A stretch of DNA of 61,686 bases, filler included, from Sphacelaria rigidula (Eukaryota), in assembly GCA_964200075.2 (NCBI GenBank). It is 10 parts of 10 records of this genome, joined end to end, with 100 filler letters (N's around TTAATTAATTAA, not from the genome) between each part and the next. Parts side by side here need not be neighbours in the genome. Positions count along the whole stretch, not along the records: positions 12,359 to 18,437 come from CAXNAA020022380.1; positions 18,538 to 24,616 come from CAXNAA020022381.1; positions 24,717 to 30,795 come from CAXNAA020022382.1; 7 more parts are not named here. One strand, 5' to 3'. The notes under the pieces are model-generated. The model worked only from the letters and a program-made list of their open reading frames with translations, ran no database searches and was not told the origin of the DNA. This document shows, piece after piece, positions 13,365-26,390 of the stretch; position 1 is the stretch's first letter; every line of letters starts with the position of its first letter. Made by a program: the position numbers and the translations under genes.

Positions 13365-14165
13365 TCAAGGTTGATTTTTGCGACGACCCTGGCAGGTGCT
13401 ACCACCTTTCAGGGTATCCAAATGTGCGGACCCTGCACAGCATGAGACCTTGTACAAGGAGGCAGATTTTTTCAACCCTGTACAATGGTGGATCCTGCAC
13501 AGGGTAAAGTGAGCGATGCCCGTCAAGGTTGATTTTCGCGACGACCCTGGCAGGTGCTACCACCTACTAGGGGATCCAAATGTGCGGACCCTGCACAGCA
13601 TGAGACCTTGTACAAGGAGGCAGATGTTTTCAACCCTGCACAACAGTGGACCCTGCACAGGGTGTCGGGGGCGACGCCTGTCAAGGTTGATTTTCGCGAC
13701 GACCTTGACAGTTGCTACCACCTATCAGGGTATCCAAATGTGCGGACCCTGCACAGCATGAGACCTTGTACAAGGAGGCATATGTTTTCAACCCTGTACA
13801 ATGGTGGACTTTGCACAGGGTGTAGTGGACGACGCCTGTCAAGGTTGATTTTTGAGACGACCTTGACAGTTGCCACCACCTTCTAGGGTATCCAAATGTG
13901 TGGACCCTACACAGCATGAGACCTTGTGCAAGAAGACAGATTTTGTTGACCCTGTGCAAGGATGGACCCTTCTCGGGTGTAGGGAACAGGACCCTGCCAA
14001 GGTTGTGTTTTCACAAGACCCCGATAGGCCATGTCATCTATCAAGGTGTCCGAGACTGCGGACCGTTGACAACGTCGAAAGTTGTGTCGGGTGAAAGATT
14101 TACAGGAACCCTGATCAAGGATGAACCCTGTCGAGAATATCCCGAAGTCGGGCCACGTGCAAGGT
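13365..14165. repeat. tandem array of a 158-bp unit (four conserved copies plus a degenerate fifth)
   Basis: The unit start tcaaggttgatttt recurs at 13365, 13523, 13681 and 13839, and in degenerate form at 13997. Confidence 0.95.
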
Positions 14166-16673
14166 CGAGTCTTTCCTCGGTAACAACCACGGATACCATT
14201 TACAACGCTAGAACGTGAACAGCCCGCGTTTTGCGAATCATGAGCAAGGTGGGACCCGGATATTGCAACCGCTGCTGAGACGTGCCACCCCATGCAATAT
14301 GGTTGCGCCGTAGCTGTGTACGTCCATATATCTATATCTTAGCATCTCCGGGATCACATATACATATATATATAATATATATCAACTACGTGAGACAAGA
14401 TGTATCACTCGCCGTGATTTGTCTGTGCCACCACTCACCCCCACTCACCCCCCCCCTCCCCCCCCGCAAAGGAAAACGAGTCTGGTCCGGCAAAAATCCG
14501 GCGTGTTCCGTCTCGGCTTTGTAGGGATGCGAGGTCAATGATCTTATGACTGGCATGTATGATCATAAGTATACCCAAAGAAAAAATACCGCGGGCTTCT
14601 CGTGTAATAACTCTCGTAACGTTTGTCTACCAACACGATCAAAACCGTCCAGGTCAAACGCAAGATAGTGATCGCCATACAGGCCTACGAGAACGCTCCA
14701 CCCATCACATTGTACGATCACTTGAGAATCTTTGTATGAACCATAGTACCGCCAACAATTCCATGAAGCTCCGCGGCGCAAGAGGCACGTGATCACTCGG
14801 ACTCATATCATTTCACAAAGGCAGCATACTCGGGGCGCAAAACGTGCTGCCCCTCCCCCAATCGCAGGTCCTTAGATTTCGCCCATGACACACAATCGAC
14901 ACTCGTAGAAGTCTGCCCTCGCCATTTTGAAAACATAGTGCGGCGTCGTAACGTTGCTACACTACTTGGTCCGGGCTGATGATGTCGTAGAATGAAGGCG
15001 TTTTTCCCTCTCTCTAGATGGCTGTGGCACCGCGGCTACCGAAATTGGGAGGGTGTGCCCGCGTATCCTCGCACCCTATTCAGCACGATCGATGGATACT
15101 CTGTGGCGAGAATAACCATCGGCGGGGTTCACAAGTCGTCTTCTTCGTTATTTTCAGAGTTACCTTCGTCGCCAGCGTCGGGTTCGAATACGCATCAACT
15201 GTCGGCGTCGGCGGGAGATGACCCTGCGTCGTCAAGGCCGCAGGCGAATCTACCGCCTTCATCCGACTCGTTTGATTATGGTGCGGCCTCGTCGGTCGCA
15301 TCCTGCGTAGCCACCTTGCTCGCTGTCGCGGCCGGGCCCGTCCCCGAAGCCTATCGTACAGACAACTTATCGAAGGTCTTTCCTCCGCGCAGCCTACAGC
15401 TCGCCGACACACCTACCGTGAGAAAGAAAAAACGGCATGATACGTTTTTACTCTTGTACAGCGTTATCGAGTGTATGATGTGTGCGTCGCTGCAAATATG
15501 ATTTGCAACGAAGATTATCTACATCATTGTTGTGTTTCCCTGTCCCGAAAAATAATAATCCACACCATCCCACCCCAAACCGATTCCAACCCTCATTCCG
15601 AAATATTGCGTTGTGTATTATTTATAATTGCGCGTCGGAAAAACTAATATTCAGGAATGTTTGAGTTTTGGGTTTGGGGTTGGGATTGAATGGGGTTGGA
15701 TTGCTATTTTTTTCAAAAAAGGAACACGAGAGCATCGTTCTCGCGCCATGCATACACCACCGCGAAAACATGATGAAAAGGTGATGGCGCCGGGTAATAA
15801 ATGTACAGAAATACCTGGTGTTCAGCAGTCTTTGCAACAGGGTAAACACTACAGTACTTTTGTGATATTTTCGAAGGTGGCTTTTTACATAAGCTTCCAC
15901 GCATGCCACCACTTATCCCAGAGAGTATTTGATCCTCAAATTTGGGATTTGGAAGATACTGTGCATCCACTCCACATTCTTAAACATCATCTCTACACTC
16001 AACATTGAAAAACTGACGGCCTAAAGTGATATTGGGGGACACTGCGACTACGACCTCGTAGCTTTTGACCCTTTGGTATTTTTGCTCGATGGAAGCAATC
16101 TATGGAAGCAACCCCGACCGTTGTTGTGAACAAATGAAGTAGAGTTTTGTTCTATTTATATCTGTTCTTCATGCTTGAGTCGGAAAACTTGGGGTTTACG
16201 TGGAGTGACGGTCGACATCCCACGATAAACAAGGTGATTACTCCACCCCACCCCGACAACAACGTGAGGATTATGCCATGAGGGGGATCTGCTTCTGTTT
16301 GCACCTCTCGATAGACGCTAGAAATTTCCAGAGGTAAAATGATATACCACAAATTTCAGAAACTTACCCAAGTACGAAAATTGCCGGACCGTGCAGAGCA
16401 TTGCATAATCGTGACAGATCTCGCGAACAAACTTGCAGACCCGTACTTTTCATTTCAACGTATCCGTTGCGCCACAGCCGAGAAGACATCTCTTGAGGAC
16501 CTAGAACGGTCAACAAGACCCCTGTCGATTCAGCCCGTAGGTCGTTAATATTGAGTACAGAGATGATTTGATTTCAAAACGTGAAGCGGACGCTTGGTGT
16601 CGCCTCATCTCCAATTCTGAGGATCAAACGTGCTCCAGGATGAGCAGTGATATGCCAAAAACTGTGAAAATTA

Positions 16674-16878
16674 CAAGGGTAGGTCGGGTAGAGTATACTC
16701 AATTGCGGGGTATTTAGAAAGTCGTACTCAAAGTACACAAATTTGTGGTAGGGTTCCAGGAATCGCTTTCCAGATATTTTTTTGGTACGACTCCTAACAC
16801 TTTATCCTAACTTGAGTACCCCAAGTACGTCTTTCAAAATACCCCGCAACTGAGTATACTCTGTTCGACCTGCCCTTG
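16674..16878. mobile_element. 205-bp hAT-type MITE with long TIRs and 8-bp TSD GAAAATTA
   Basis: Left end caagggtaggtcgggtagagtatactcaattgcggggtattt is the near reverse complement of the right end. GAAAATTA lies at 16666-16673 and 16879-16886; 8-bp TSDs are typical of hAT elements. Confidence 0.9.
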
Positions 16879-18437
16879 GAAAATTACCTCATAGATCTTT
16901 TGTTCCATGAATTCCCTGGGTTTAGCTGGGAACCAATCATCACGGTACACATATTTGAACTCGTACCGGGTTGGTTCACCAGGTAGGGGCAGATGAACTG
17001 CGTCCGGTCCGTGCTACAGGACGAGGTCTGCTGCCGTAAGTTCTCTCAGTCCCGACGCTAGGCGATTTCCTCCCATGAAGAATCCCAGCATCTGGCTCCA
17101 CGTCCCAAATATCACCTAGACAGTAAAACGGCGTCATGGAGGTGCGGGGTTAGGGCATACAGACGTCCGGCAGGTCCAGAGACAACGCCTGTACTGGTGG
17201 CGTGATAGAGTCAACATGTGCGTCCCTTGCCCAGGAGCAGTCTTCATCATTGTGACATCTCCACAGGCTATGCCCTTGTACTTGTAACACTCACTCTGTC
17301 TGAAACGCCCGCTAGAGTGTGGGTGCGTGTCCCCCGTTGTTCATGGGTGCTCAGGTCTCGCCAATCTTAACTGCACGCACTCTCGGATGTTTAGTCTTCA
17401 AGTGTAGCTTCGACACTTCCATCTCTGCCAGCGCGAAGATCAAGAGTGGGGCATTCACCTGTGAATGGACAAGAGCACGTCGACAAACGCAATTTATTCT
17501 CAAGGCAGATACGCATGTACAAAAAAATGAGCATTTCCCAATTCAGGACTTGAGTCGTTTGGTTCACGTCCGATAGTACAAAAACAGCGGGCGTGTGGAA
17601 CCTGAATGTAGTAGCGGCAAGGATTGATCCAGGTGCCTTGATTATGAGTTTGTGTCTGCGTGGGGGGCACCAGGGCGTCTGCGCTCAAGGGATGAGAACG
17701 AGAATACTCGAGAAAGCATCCTGCCTTCATTTCTTATCATGTACTTCGCGTGACATGCAGTCATGTGTGCGATACCCGCGATGAACACTTGGCATACATT
17801 GCGCAGATTCTTCAGTTTTTGGACGCTTGATCCGGCTCGTCGCACCCAAACAGGGAACATTGTCATGACATTTCTTCGACGTTTGAATCACCCCACCGAG
17901 ATGCCTCACCTACCCGATCCGCCTGGCTCGAGACTTCGACAACAGACTCTGGGAAAAAATCTACCCGGGCATGAACGAATGCGGCGTCTGCAGTTACTGC
18001 AGGTACTTGGGGATTTTTTCTCCCGTGTATTCTCATGTTTAATTGCATTTTCGGGGGCCACTCTCAAAACCTCGCAGCGAGGCTCACCGGGAAGGTGGTC
18101 TAGGCTCCTCTCGGTGGCGTGATGCGAAGTGCCCAAAGCAAGTGATGACGATAATCCTCGTTTGGCGGTCGAAAACTAGAACGTCCCAAAACTGAAAAAA
18201 CAAACGCAAACAAACAATAATATGAAATGTTCTACAGCCACTTCTCATTCATAAAAAAAGAAAGCTACACTCTGTAAAGTTACTTTCTGGCCCTTTTCCG
18301 TCGTTTTACGTCAGAGAGTAGGACTAGGCGAATGTTGGCCCCTTGGAATGACTTGCTCTACTCGCTGAGAAACAGTGTTTTCGTGAGATTGAGAGTAGAT
18401 GATACGATGGAGAGTGAAAAGCGGTCAATCAATGAAT

Positions 18438-18537
18438 NNNNNNNNNNNNNNNNNNNNNNNNNNNNNNNNNNNNNNNNNNNNTTAATTAATTAANNNNNNN
18501 NNNNNNNNNNNNNNNNNNNNNNNNNNNNNNNNNNNNN
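18438..18537. other. artificial contig spacer
   Basis: 44 N + TTAATTAATTAA + 44 N. Confidence 0.99.
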
Positions 18538-18756
18538 GCACGAAACTAGAAATAGCGAAGTGTATGGATAAGAGATTCCTTCCTGTCCCCTGGGGGCGAA
18601 AAGAAAAAAAATGACGTACAACAATAAAAAAGCCACGAGAGAGCGCACAGATTCCTCCGCTTGGTGACCATCCAACCGGAGACTCGAAGTAAAAATATCA
18701 CGTTTGTTTGAAAAGCTCAATTTGCTACTACTGCTGCAGCGGCAAGTCTGACTTAC

Positions 18757-18971
18757 CAATATTGTCAGTCAATTGACACAAGATTATTTTGTCTTGGCGC
18801 GCGGTCGATCGTTTTGATTGCATTTCGATGTTATCTTTACCCACCAATACTACACCGGGCAATACCCACAACCAGCACATTTTCCAACCCTGACTGCCAG
18901 CAGATGGACAACCGAGTCTGATCAGATATTTTTCGACTGAAGATGATGCCAAATCGAGGGATGAACCACAC
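18757..18971 (-). CDS. possible isolated exon, unknown protein
   Basis: cccag|G ... G|gtaagt around an open frame (CGSSLDLASSSVEKYLIRLG...CQLTDNI). No recognisable motif. Confidence 0.3.
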
Positions 18972-21908
18972 CTGGGAGCGGGCGGTCAGGGTATATCATA
19001 AATGACCGTACACAATATTGAGAGGGTCGCTTACCTTGGAATAGGGTCCATGCATTCATCTATATATCTAGACGTTACAGACGTACGTCCGACGTCCACT
19101 GATTCGATCATCGCGGGTACACATCGCAAACCGATGGTAACAGTCGGTGGCTCGATGCAACCCTCTCAACTTGAATAAAGTACGACGACGTTCGAATGGT
19201 AAATTTTACTACAGTATAGTATCAGCAGACGGCGCGCTCATACTACATTTCTCGACCATCGCCCACTTACCCCGTCATTACCTCGCATTTCAAACTTGAA
19301 CCCGACAGGATCTCCCTCTCTCCTGAACAAACACGTGTACCAAGCATGCTACGCTGCCCGAGTAAAACATCTTTCCTTTTTCAGCACATACATGCCACAC
19401 TCAGATCTTCCTCGCCCCTTGAGTCAACAAACTATCGCCGCACCAAACAACAACCTATCGACGACGATTGCAATCCAACACCGCCAGCCATGTGACGGGG
19501 ATAACAAGCACAAAAACAAACGCTCGGTATGACTTTTACATTAAGTGGCTGTTGCCTGCACTAGCATGATATTTATTTTGGTTGTCAACGAATACCCCTC
19601 CCCAACGCATGCTTTTGTTTTCACGACTCTTTCGCCTCCCCCCCCCCCACCCCCCCTTCCCCCTCCAGAATCCCAAATAAACATACAAGAACCAAACGAC
19701 ACCTCTAGAAGGAATGCATCTATAAAACCCTACACGCTCGGGATCCAACGCTAGGAAGCAAGCAAAAGGATCAACCGGCGAACATAGTCCCGAAGTTGTT
19801 GACACTTCGGGCGAGTGAACGTAAAGCACAGGGCCGCCAAATCAACGCGGATTACAACCACTTCCAGGACCTGGCCGGGTGCAGCTTGCTCCACGTCGGG
19901 CGGAGTCATGTACCGTGGTATACGCGAAAACCAAGCCATGCCCTCTGGACTCTCATCAAAGTAAACGTTCCGTACTGATCTTGCGTTCAGTGTCTTGTGC
20001 CACGACCTTCCGGTTCGACACTGCGCGTCGCACTGTAGAACTGCGTCACGTATACAAACGAGTGCAGATATTGTGCCCTTCGCGCACAGAAATACCAGAC
20101 AGGGCAATTTTCTCGCTTCTTCTGTTCCAGAGGGAGCGGGAAGGCCCGCAAGCAAGCCCGCGACAAAGCGGACAAAACCATGACAACCAAAGAAGAACAA
20201 CTGGTCGACGTGGTGAGCCCCCGCTATAGTGATAGCAAAAAATAGAGCGCCAGTCACCATATTCCAACTCGCCAGGACATTCATACTACACCCTGTCGTG
20301 TGCTGTGCCCGAAGTTGAGCACGAGTCTGATATAAACGCACCGGCAGCCGCCCAAACGAAGAAAGGAAAATAGAAACCTTCGGAGTTCAGATTTCTAGTG
20401 TTGGATATTAGGGAAAACACACACACATACAAGACCGACCGGGGGTCTGAGAGTGCCTCTTTTGGCCAAAGGCACGTCTAGGGCTACATTGCGCCGCAGC
20501 ACATAAAAAGCAGCAAACAATATTTTTCGATCAAGAGAATAATAATACCGAAACAAAAGTGGGCACCGGCGCCTGTCCGTGAACTGATGTTACGTACGAT
20601 CACTTGCTCCCGCCTTACACCGCCTGTTGTTTTGACAACATCTCCCCACTGCCGTCCAAATTCAAAACAGCCTTTTTTTTTTTTCCCTGTGGAGCATGGT
20701 GACCAAAGGAGCCAAAAATTGACCGTTCGACCGCCAGGGTGCTTTGTCAGGATCGGACATCCATTTTCGAGTCAAAGTGATGCCGATTCAACAGATTGAC
20801 CCTCTTGAGCGGTCGAAACGTTGAGTTCAAGAAGGAAAAAAAAAGAGAAGACGGAGTCCTGTCTCCAGAGCACCAGACTGATTTCTCCCGACACTGTTTT
20901 AAACCCTTCATGCTGCGAAAGAAAACCGCAGTCCGTCACCAGCTAAAAGAGTCACCAGAAAAATTCCACTGCTGTTACCGGTGTACATAGTCTTAAAAGT
21001 TCTCCAATAGGGTTTCCAGATGAGAAATAAGAATTCCTCCCCCGCCCCCAACGACTGCGATCCCTCGAGTTTCATGAGAAGCGGGTCTCTCACCACCTCA
21101 GAAAACAGAAAATTCAAGACACAAACACACCACTACAGAGAAATGGAAACAACACTTGGGACAAAAAAACAATCCCTCTCGACGACCGGCGACGGAGAGG
21201 ACAGAGAGTACATGCCGCCGAGAGGCGCCAATCCTGTCCCCTTTCCAACCACTGGACGCCGCAAAAGTAGACAGAAACGCTACCCGCCACTCCTTCCCGC
21301 GTAGCACAACCTCCAACTACAAAGTCTTCGCCGATATTTCCAGGAGGACTTCATCTCCACCTCAGGACTCGTCCCCAGAGGGGGCGAGGGTGACGACGCA
21401 AAACGGTTTGTTTTGTTCCTTGCCAGGCTTCCACGTTACAAAACTGACAGGTAAAAGAGAGATCAAGACATGCATGCGGCCTAAACATCATGAAAAAGCC
21501 CTTGGACAACGGAGCTACCCCGGCCTCCTCACAAGTCGAGGAGGGCCGACCAGTGCCACACCTCCGCGAGGCAAGCAGGGACGGACGTGGGACTAGGCGT
21601 GTTACCTTGGAGTCACAGTTAGGGTGTCACCGACAGTACTTTAAAAACCCTTGGTTTCAAATTGATTGACGATACTACTGTAGTGTACCAGTGCCGTGAG
21701 TGAAGGGTCTCAGCATCGTGCTATAACGCCGCGCGGGCGACTGACCCCACCACGGCGGAACTCCGCATTGTGTTTGCCTTCCTCCAACGGCTCTTGGTAA
21801 GTCCCGACAAAAAATAATACTACACGATTTCCATCAACCATCGTTTCCGTCCAAGCCATCTAGCGTCCGTGGCCCACCGGCCGTGAGAGACGAAGATGGA
21901 CCTCCCAC

Positions 21909-22062
21909 CGAGTTGGTCACCGTACTGGCTAGGACGTCGCTCTTCTTCGGGGATGACGACGTAGCCTGCAGCTTCCTCTGGTCAGTGGAGGCGTATTTGT
22001 GGATGGTCCCCGGGTGTACCCATTCCATCAGGTCGTACACGAACGACATCTCGTATTTTACC
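21909..22062 (-). CDS. probable isolated exon, unknown protein (VKYEMSFVYDLMEWVHPGTIHKYASTDQRKLQ...)
   Basis: ggcag|G acceptor, open frame with GC3 bias. The donor position is uncertain. Confidence 0.45.
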
Positions 22063-23689
22063 CTGCCGGGGTTTTTTCGGTGAAGACATTTTTACACAAG
22101 CACGAGGGAAACAGTCATGTTGAACGGGACGGGAACTACGGATGAGCACAGTTGCGCGATTGCGTCAAGAGTGACGGTAAAATAAATATGTACTACGTGG
22201 CATATCTCGACAGTTATCCAAGAAATCAGGGTTGTTTTCGGTGACGAGCTGCTTCACGCCGATCACGCGAAAAACACTCACCCAAAATTTCACGCTGTTT
22301 CAACCCTTTTGGGACTGAAGCTCAGTAACAAGGGGTTGGTTCACCATGTGTTATGACTGTATGATTACTATTATGATTCATTATTATATTATTATTTCCG
22401 CACATTGGTCCGATCTCTTGAACCCCTGGTCACAGACGTATGAGTAAAATGATAATGAACAAGTCTGGGAGCGACCTCCCCGATCACGGCGGGGCGAAGT
22501 TGATGAACGACATCCGAACGACCAGTGGAGGGGGGGGGGGGGGGGAACGGTTGGGGGGGGGGGGTAACCTGCGAAGTTAACCCTAAACTTTTGCCAAGAT
22601 GGTCCGGGGGGGCAGTAGCCAANNNNNNNNNNAAATAAAAACGAAAGAAAGCGCGGCGGGGGGCGCCCCCCCGGACCGGGGGGGGGGGAGGGAGGGAGGC
22701 CCCCCCGGCCGGGCGGGGGGGGGGGGGGGGGGGGGGGAACTGTTGTCGGGAGTGATGTCACTGCCAAGTTAGACCTTAACATTTTGCACATATGTGCTAT
22801 GGGTCAGTACGCAACTTTCGCGAGGTCGCCGTCTTTTGACTTGAAATGTTATACAGTTTTGCGGGGGTCCAAGTTTTTCGAGTAAACATCGATCCAGGCA
22901 GATCCCCGTTGAACGAAAAAAAAAGAAGAGAAAACTCGTTCATCCAAAGTTGCCCAATGACCTATAATAATAGCACATTTGTGAAAAAATTCGGGCATCT
23001 CTCCTAAAAACGGCGTCTGAAATTTTTCGCATTTGTGCGATGAACTTTGCCTTGCCGCAGTGAAACCGCAACCTACTGCGATTTCATGATCAAAATGGCG
23101 TTTGTGTGCCTTCTTCGACGTGAACATGACAATTCGAGCGTCAGTTGATCGACTTTTGCCACTAAAGTGTGCGGGGCCCTTCCTTCGGTTACACGGCGAC
23201 AGCTCGTTTGCGAATAAAATAAAATAAAAATCGGTGTGTCGGTTTTTTCGAAAAAGCGAAGGAAAAAACCCTCGTATGTCAAAACTTGTGTGATAATCCT
23301 TACCACATTTGTGCAAAATTTCCGGCTCCAACTCCTGATGACTGCGTGAAGGTTGGCGCGTTTTTGCGAGGATGTGAGCTTGAATCGAGCAACTCCGGAC
23401 TACATGGTGCTAGTATAACAACGTATTTTTAGGGGTGGAGTTCACGTGGAGGCAAGAAAAACCGCATGAGGTTTTGGAGTTCCTCGAGTAAACTTCGTAC
23501 ATGTGTTCGTTGACTATTCCGGAACGCATCATGTTATTATTTTTCTTCTGAGGCATCATGTACCGGCTTCCGGGAGTCTTTTACGGGGACCCCCGGAAGC
23601 CGGTAGAAAAAGGAGAAATTTTGAAATCTTGTCAAAAATACAAATATTCTATTTGGAGCATTAATACCCACGGAACTGCAAAGTTTGAG

Positions 23690-24170
23690 GGTGATACTGA
23701 GATTCTTCACGACAGGTATAAAACCGTCACGAGGCTCCCTGGGTCTTCCGTGTGTTTCATTACTGGAAATTAGAAGACACCTAAACTTCACCCCACCGAA
23801 ACGTCACGGTTTCGGGTATATCTGTATAATTTGACCCCGTAGTAACCGTTTTCAAGGCTGTTTTCTCCGTTAGATTCCCGAGCTGATGGCGATTCCTTCG
23901 ATTCGAAGCATGTGGAGATTCGGTGAAAATCAGGCTTGGAATTCGTGTTTTCAGTTTCAGAAAAGTTGTGAGGGCGCTGATTGGTCGAAGTACCTTTCCG
24001 CCCTTGGCGCTACAAGTATGGCCTCGAACACAAATCCGGCCATGTCACGCTCTTCAGCTGTCCATGGTGATCAGTATGATATCATGTGTGCGAATATTGG
24101 GTAGGTATTGCGAAAGGCATTGGCTGATGACATAATCTTGGGCGATGAGCGTGAACCAGCCTGTACAGTT
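23690..24170 (+). mobile_element. degenerate copy of dispersed repeat family C
   Basis: Aligns by eye, in reverse complement, to ~56345-56950 (e.g. gggtaggtattgcgaaaggcat, gaccccgtag(t/c)aac). Confidence 0.7.
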
Positions 24171-24616
24171 TTTTTTCAAGTGCATGCACATACATGGGCA
24201 CAGCAGTTGGGGGCGAGTACTCGAGAAAATCCTGGGGTAGGAGAACCTAGGGCGCCTCGACCGACATGTACGAAGAGAGGAGTTGGAGGGCTCCGAGTTC
24301 ACACACTGGGGTCCTATCCTCGACGCCGAGTGAAGTTATTCTTAACAATGGTTGGTGTAGCCTCTCTTGGTCAAAAGACTGTGGACGAACAGACGGTAGC
24401 TCCTCTTTACACCATCGGCGTGGGCTGTACAAGGCGTGAGAAACGGCACGTGAATTCGGGAATTGAGAGCTCTTGCTGAAAAGCAAGGGTTGGGATGACT
24501 CAGGACACGACAAAAAAGTGGGGGATGGCTTGAAACACGGCTTCATACCCTGGACAATAGAAAACACGATGAAAAAATGTACTACGCACAGTATGGAATC
24601 TATTGTCTATTGCAAT

Positions 24617-24716
24617 NNNNNNNNNNNNNNNNNNNNNNNNNNNNNNNNNNNNNNNNNNNNTTAATTAATTAANNNNNNNNNNNNNNNNNNNNNNNNNNNN
24701 NNNNNNNNNNNNNNNN
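24617..24716. other. artificial contig spacer
   Basis: 44 N + TTAATTAATTAA + 44 N. Confidence 0.99.
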
Positions 24717-24789
24717 CCGGGAATCGAACCACCCTACTCAACCATCAGAAGGTTACGAGGTTACCAACTGAGCCACCGGGGCGACCGGC
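24717..24789 (-). mobile_element. tRNA-derived SINE head (Pol III A and B boxes), truncated by the contig end
   Basis: Minus strand reads GCCGGTCGCCCCGGTGGCTCAGTTGGTAACC...GGTTCGATTCCCGG, with A box TGGCTCAGTTGG and B box GGTTCGATTCC. The anticodon arm is imperfect. Confidence 0.7.
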
Positions 24790-26390
24790 ATGGCGCCAAG
24801 AATAGATGGACGACAACACACACACACACACCGCAGCATTGTGCATAATCCTCCTCTCAAGCCACGTAGCGTACAAAACCCCTTGAGTCGGCGAAGCTGC
24901 TGCGTCAACACCTTACAGCGGCTTCAAGCCGCACATGAGTAATGAGTCAGCATCATCAGACGCCAGATGTGCTGAAGTTGGGCGCCTCATCTCCACAAAT
25001 ACGAAAATACCGCCTCGATATTATTGAAAAATAACGACACTGCAAGACTGCGGACCGTCAAAATGGGCATTTTTCCAGACCCTGGGCAATATATATATAT
25101 ATATAAACATTGTCAACAGTTGCAATGGCAACACAATGTACTGCGTAAAGTATAGGCCTACTGCAACCATCAACCATGTAGTGTCCAGGGAGCGTATTTT
25201 CGGATCGTTTTCATTTCCATGCCCACGAGAAGGAGCTTAGACAACTCTCATGTCAGGTATAGGCCATATGGGTCATGCATCCACCAAAGGTTTGAAAAAA
25301 GTCGTGTGCAGGGTGCTTCTTCCGATTATACAACAGTATAACGAAGTGGTCGTAAACGTGTTACAGCTAGAAATGAAACCACGTGAGACATTTTTTGGCC
25401 GCGCCAGATGTACTGTGCTCTTTGTTTGTACTGACTGTGATCTAGGTCTGGCACATCCGAGGGTGAAAATCGATCATTCATGCACGAGTGCTATAATTGA
25501 GGTCGTCTGTTGGGGGGAGATGACTTTTTCATGAGGATTCACCCCGAAAGGGAGCGCAAGGGTACCCAACCGGGATCTACCTCATGACTTGCAACTATGA
25601 CGTGCAGTCCTGCAATGCAAGTTACTACGTAGTGTGGCGTAACGTTATGGCTCATGTGGCCTGCTTGGTGTGGGCCATGTCTTCCGTCGGGGGCATCGCG
25701 GGCTAGTCTCGACTTCCACGTATGGGAGCAAAGCCTGGTACAAGTTCGTGACACTGCTCTGGATGGATACGATATCGTTCTCGGGGCACGGAAGCCACGA
25801 GCCCGGTCACAATATCGACGAAAACCGTGCCAGGGGCGAAACAGATGAACGCTTCTTTTCGACGGGACGCAGGTGATTTCATGTCTAGCGTAATCACCGC
25901 ACGTATATCTACGTTACGCGGACTATTTCTGCTGCTGGAGCTTCATGCATACCACCCGCAGACACGGCTCAAAAATGCCGGTGACCGGTGGGCCGGAATG
26001 ACCCTGTAGTGGCGAAGGGAAGGGGGTGGGCACTCCGTCGGTCGTGAGAGAGATAGAACTGATTGTACTATAATACAAGCTATGGATAACCCTGCCGGGG
26101 TAAGATATTTCGCCAAGAAATCCCGCGAGCTGGAAGGGCAAATAATATAACGAAAGGGCGGACAAAGAGCTGCAGGTCAGACAACCGGGGAGCTAGACTG
26201 ACCGGGAAATCCGGCTCACTGCTGAGCCTACGGAACTATTTCACCGCTCCATTGAGTTTACTGAATATCCGTCTTGTCGTGTACATCTGGTTGTTTCAGA
26301 AGGGTACTGTACTGTATACACTATGTACTGCACTGCAACGGTAGTACTGGACGTGTCTCGTCACGGATCTCACCGCTCCCAAAATTGTAG

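Noticed and set aside
13365..14165. CRISPR-like array (palindromic repeats at regular spacing)
   Set aside because: Whole 158-bp units repeat, there are no unique spacers or cas genes, and the context is eukaryotic.
14992..18122. Possible exons or transposase fragments (14992-15417, 15840-16540, 17805-18002)
   Set aside because: No phase-consistent gene model or recognisable domain could be built by eye.
22525..22790. Proline/glycine-rich ORFs and an apparent local duplication around the 10-N gap (likewise 40687-40890)
   Set aside because: Low-quality poly-G/poly-C sequence flanking scaffold gaps; probably sequencing or assembly noise.
24717..24789. Genuine tRNA gene
   Set aside because: A and B boxes are present but the anticodon arm is imperfect and the sequence is cut at a contig end; a tRNA-derived SINE head fits better.
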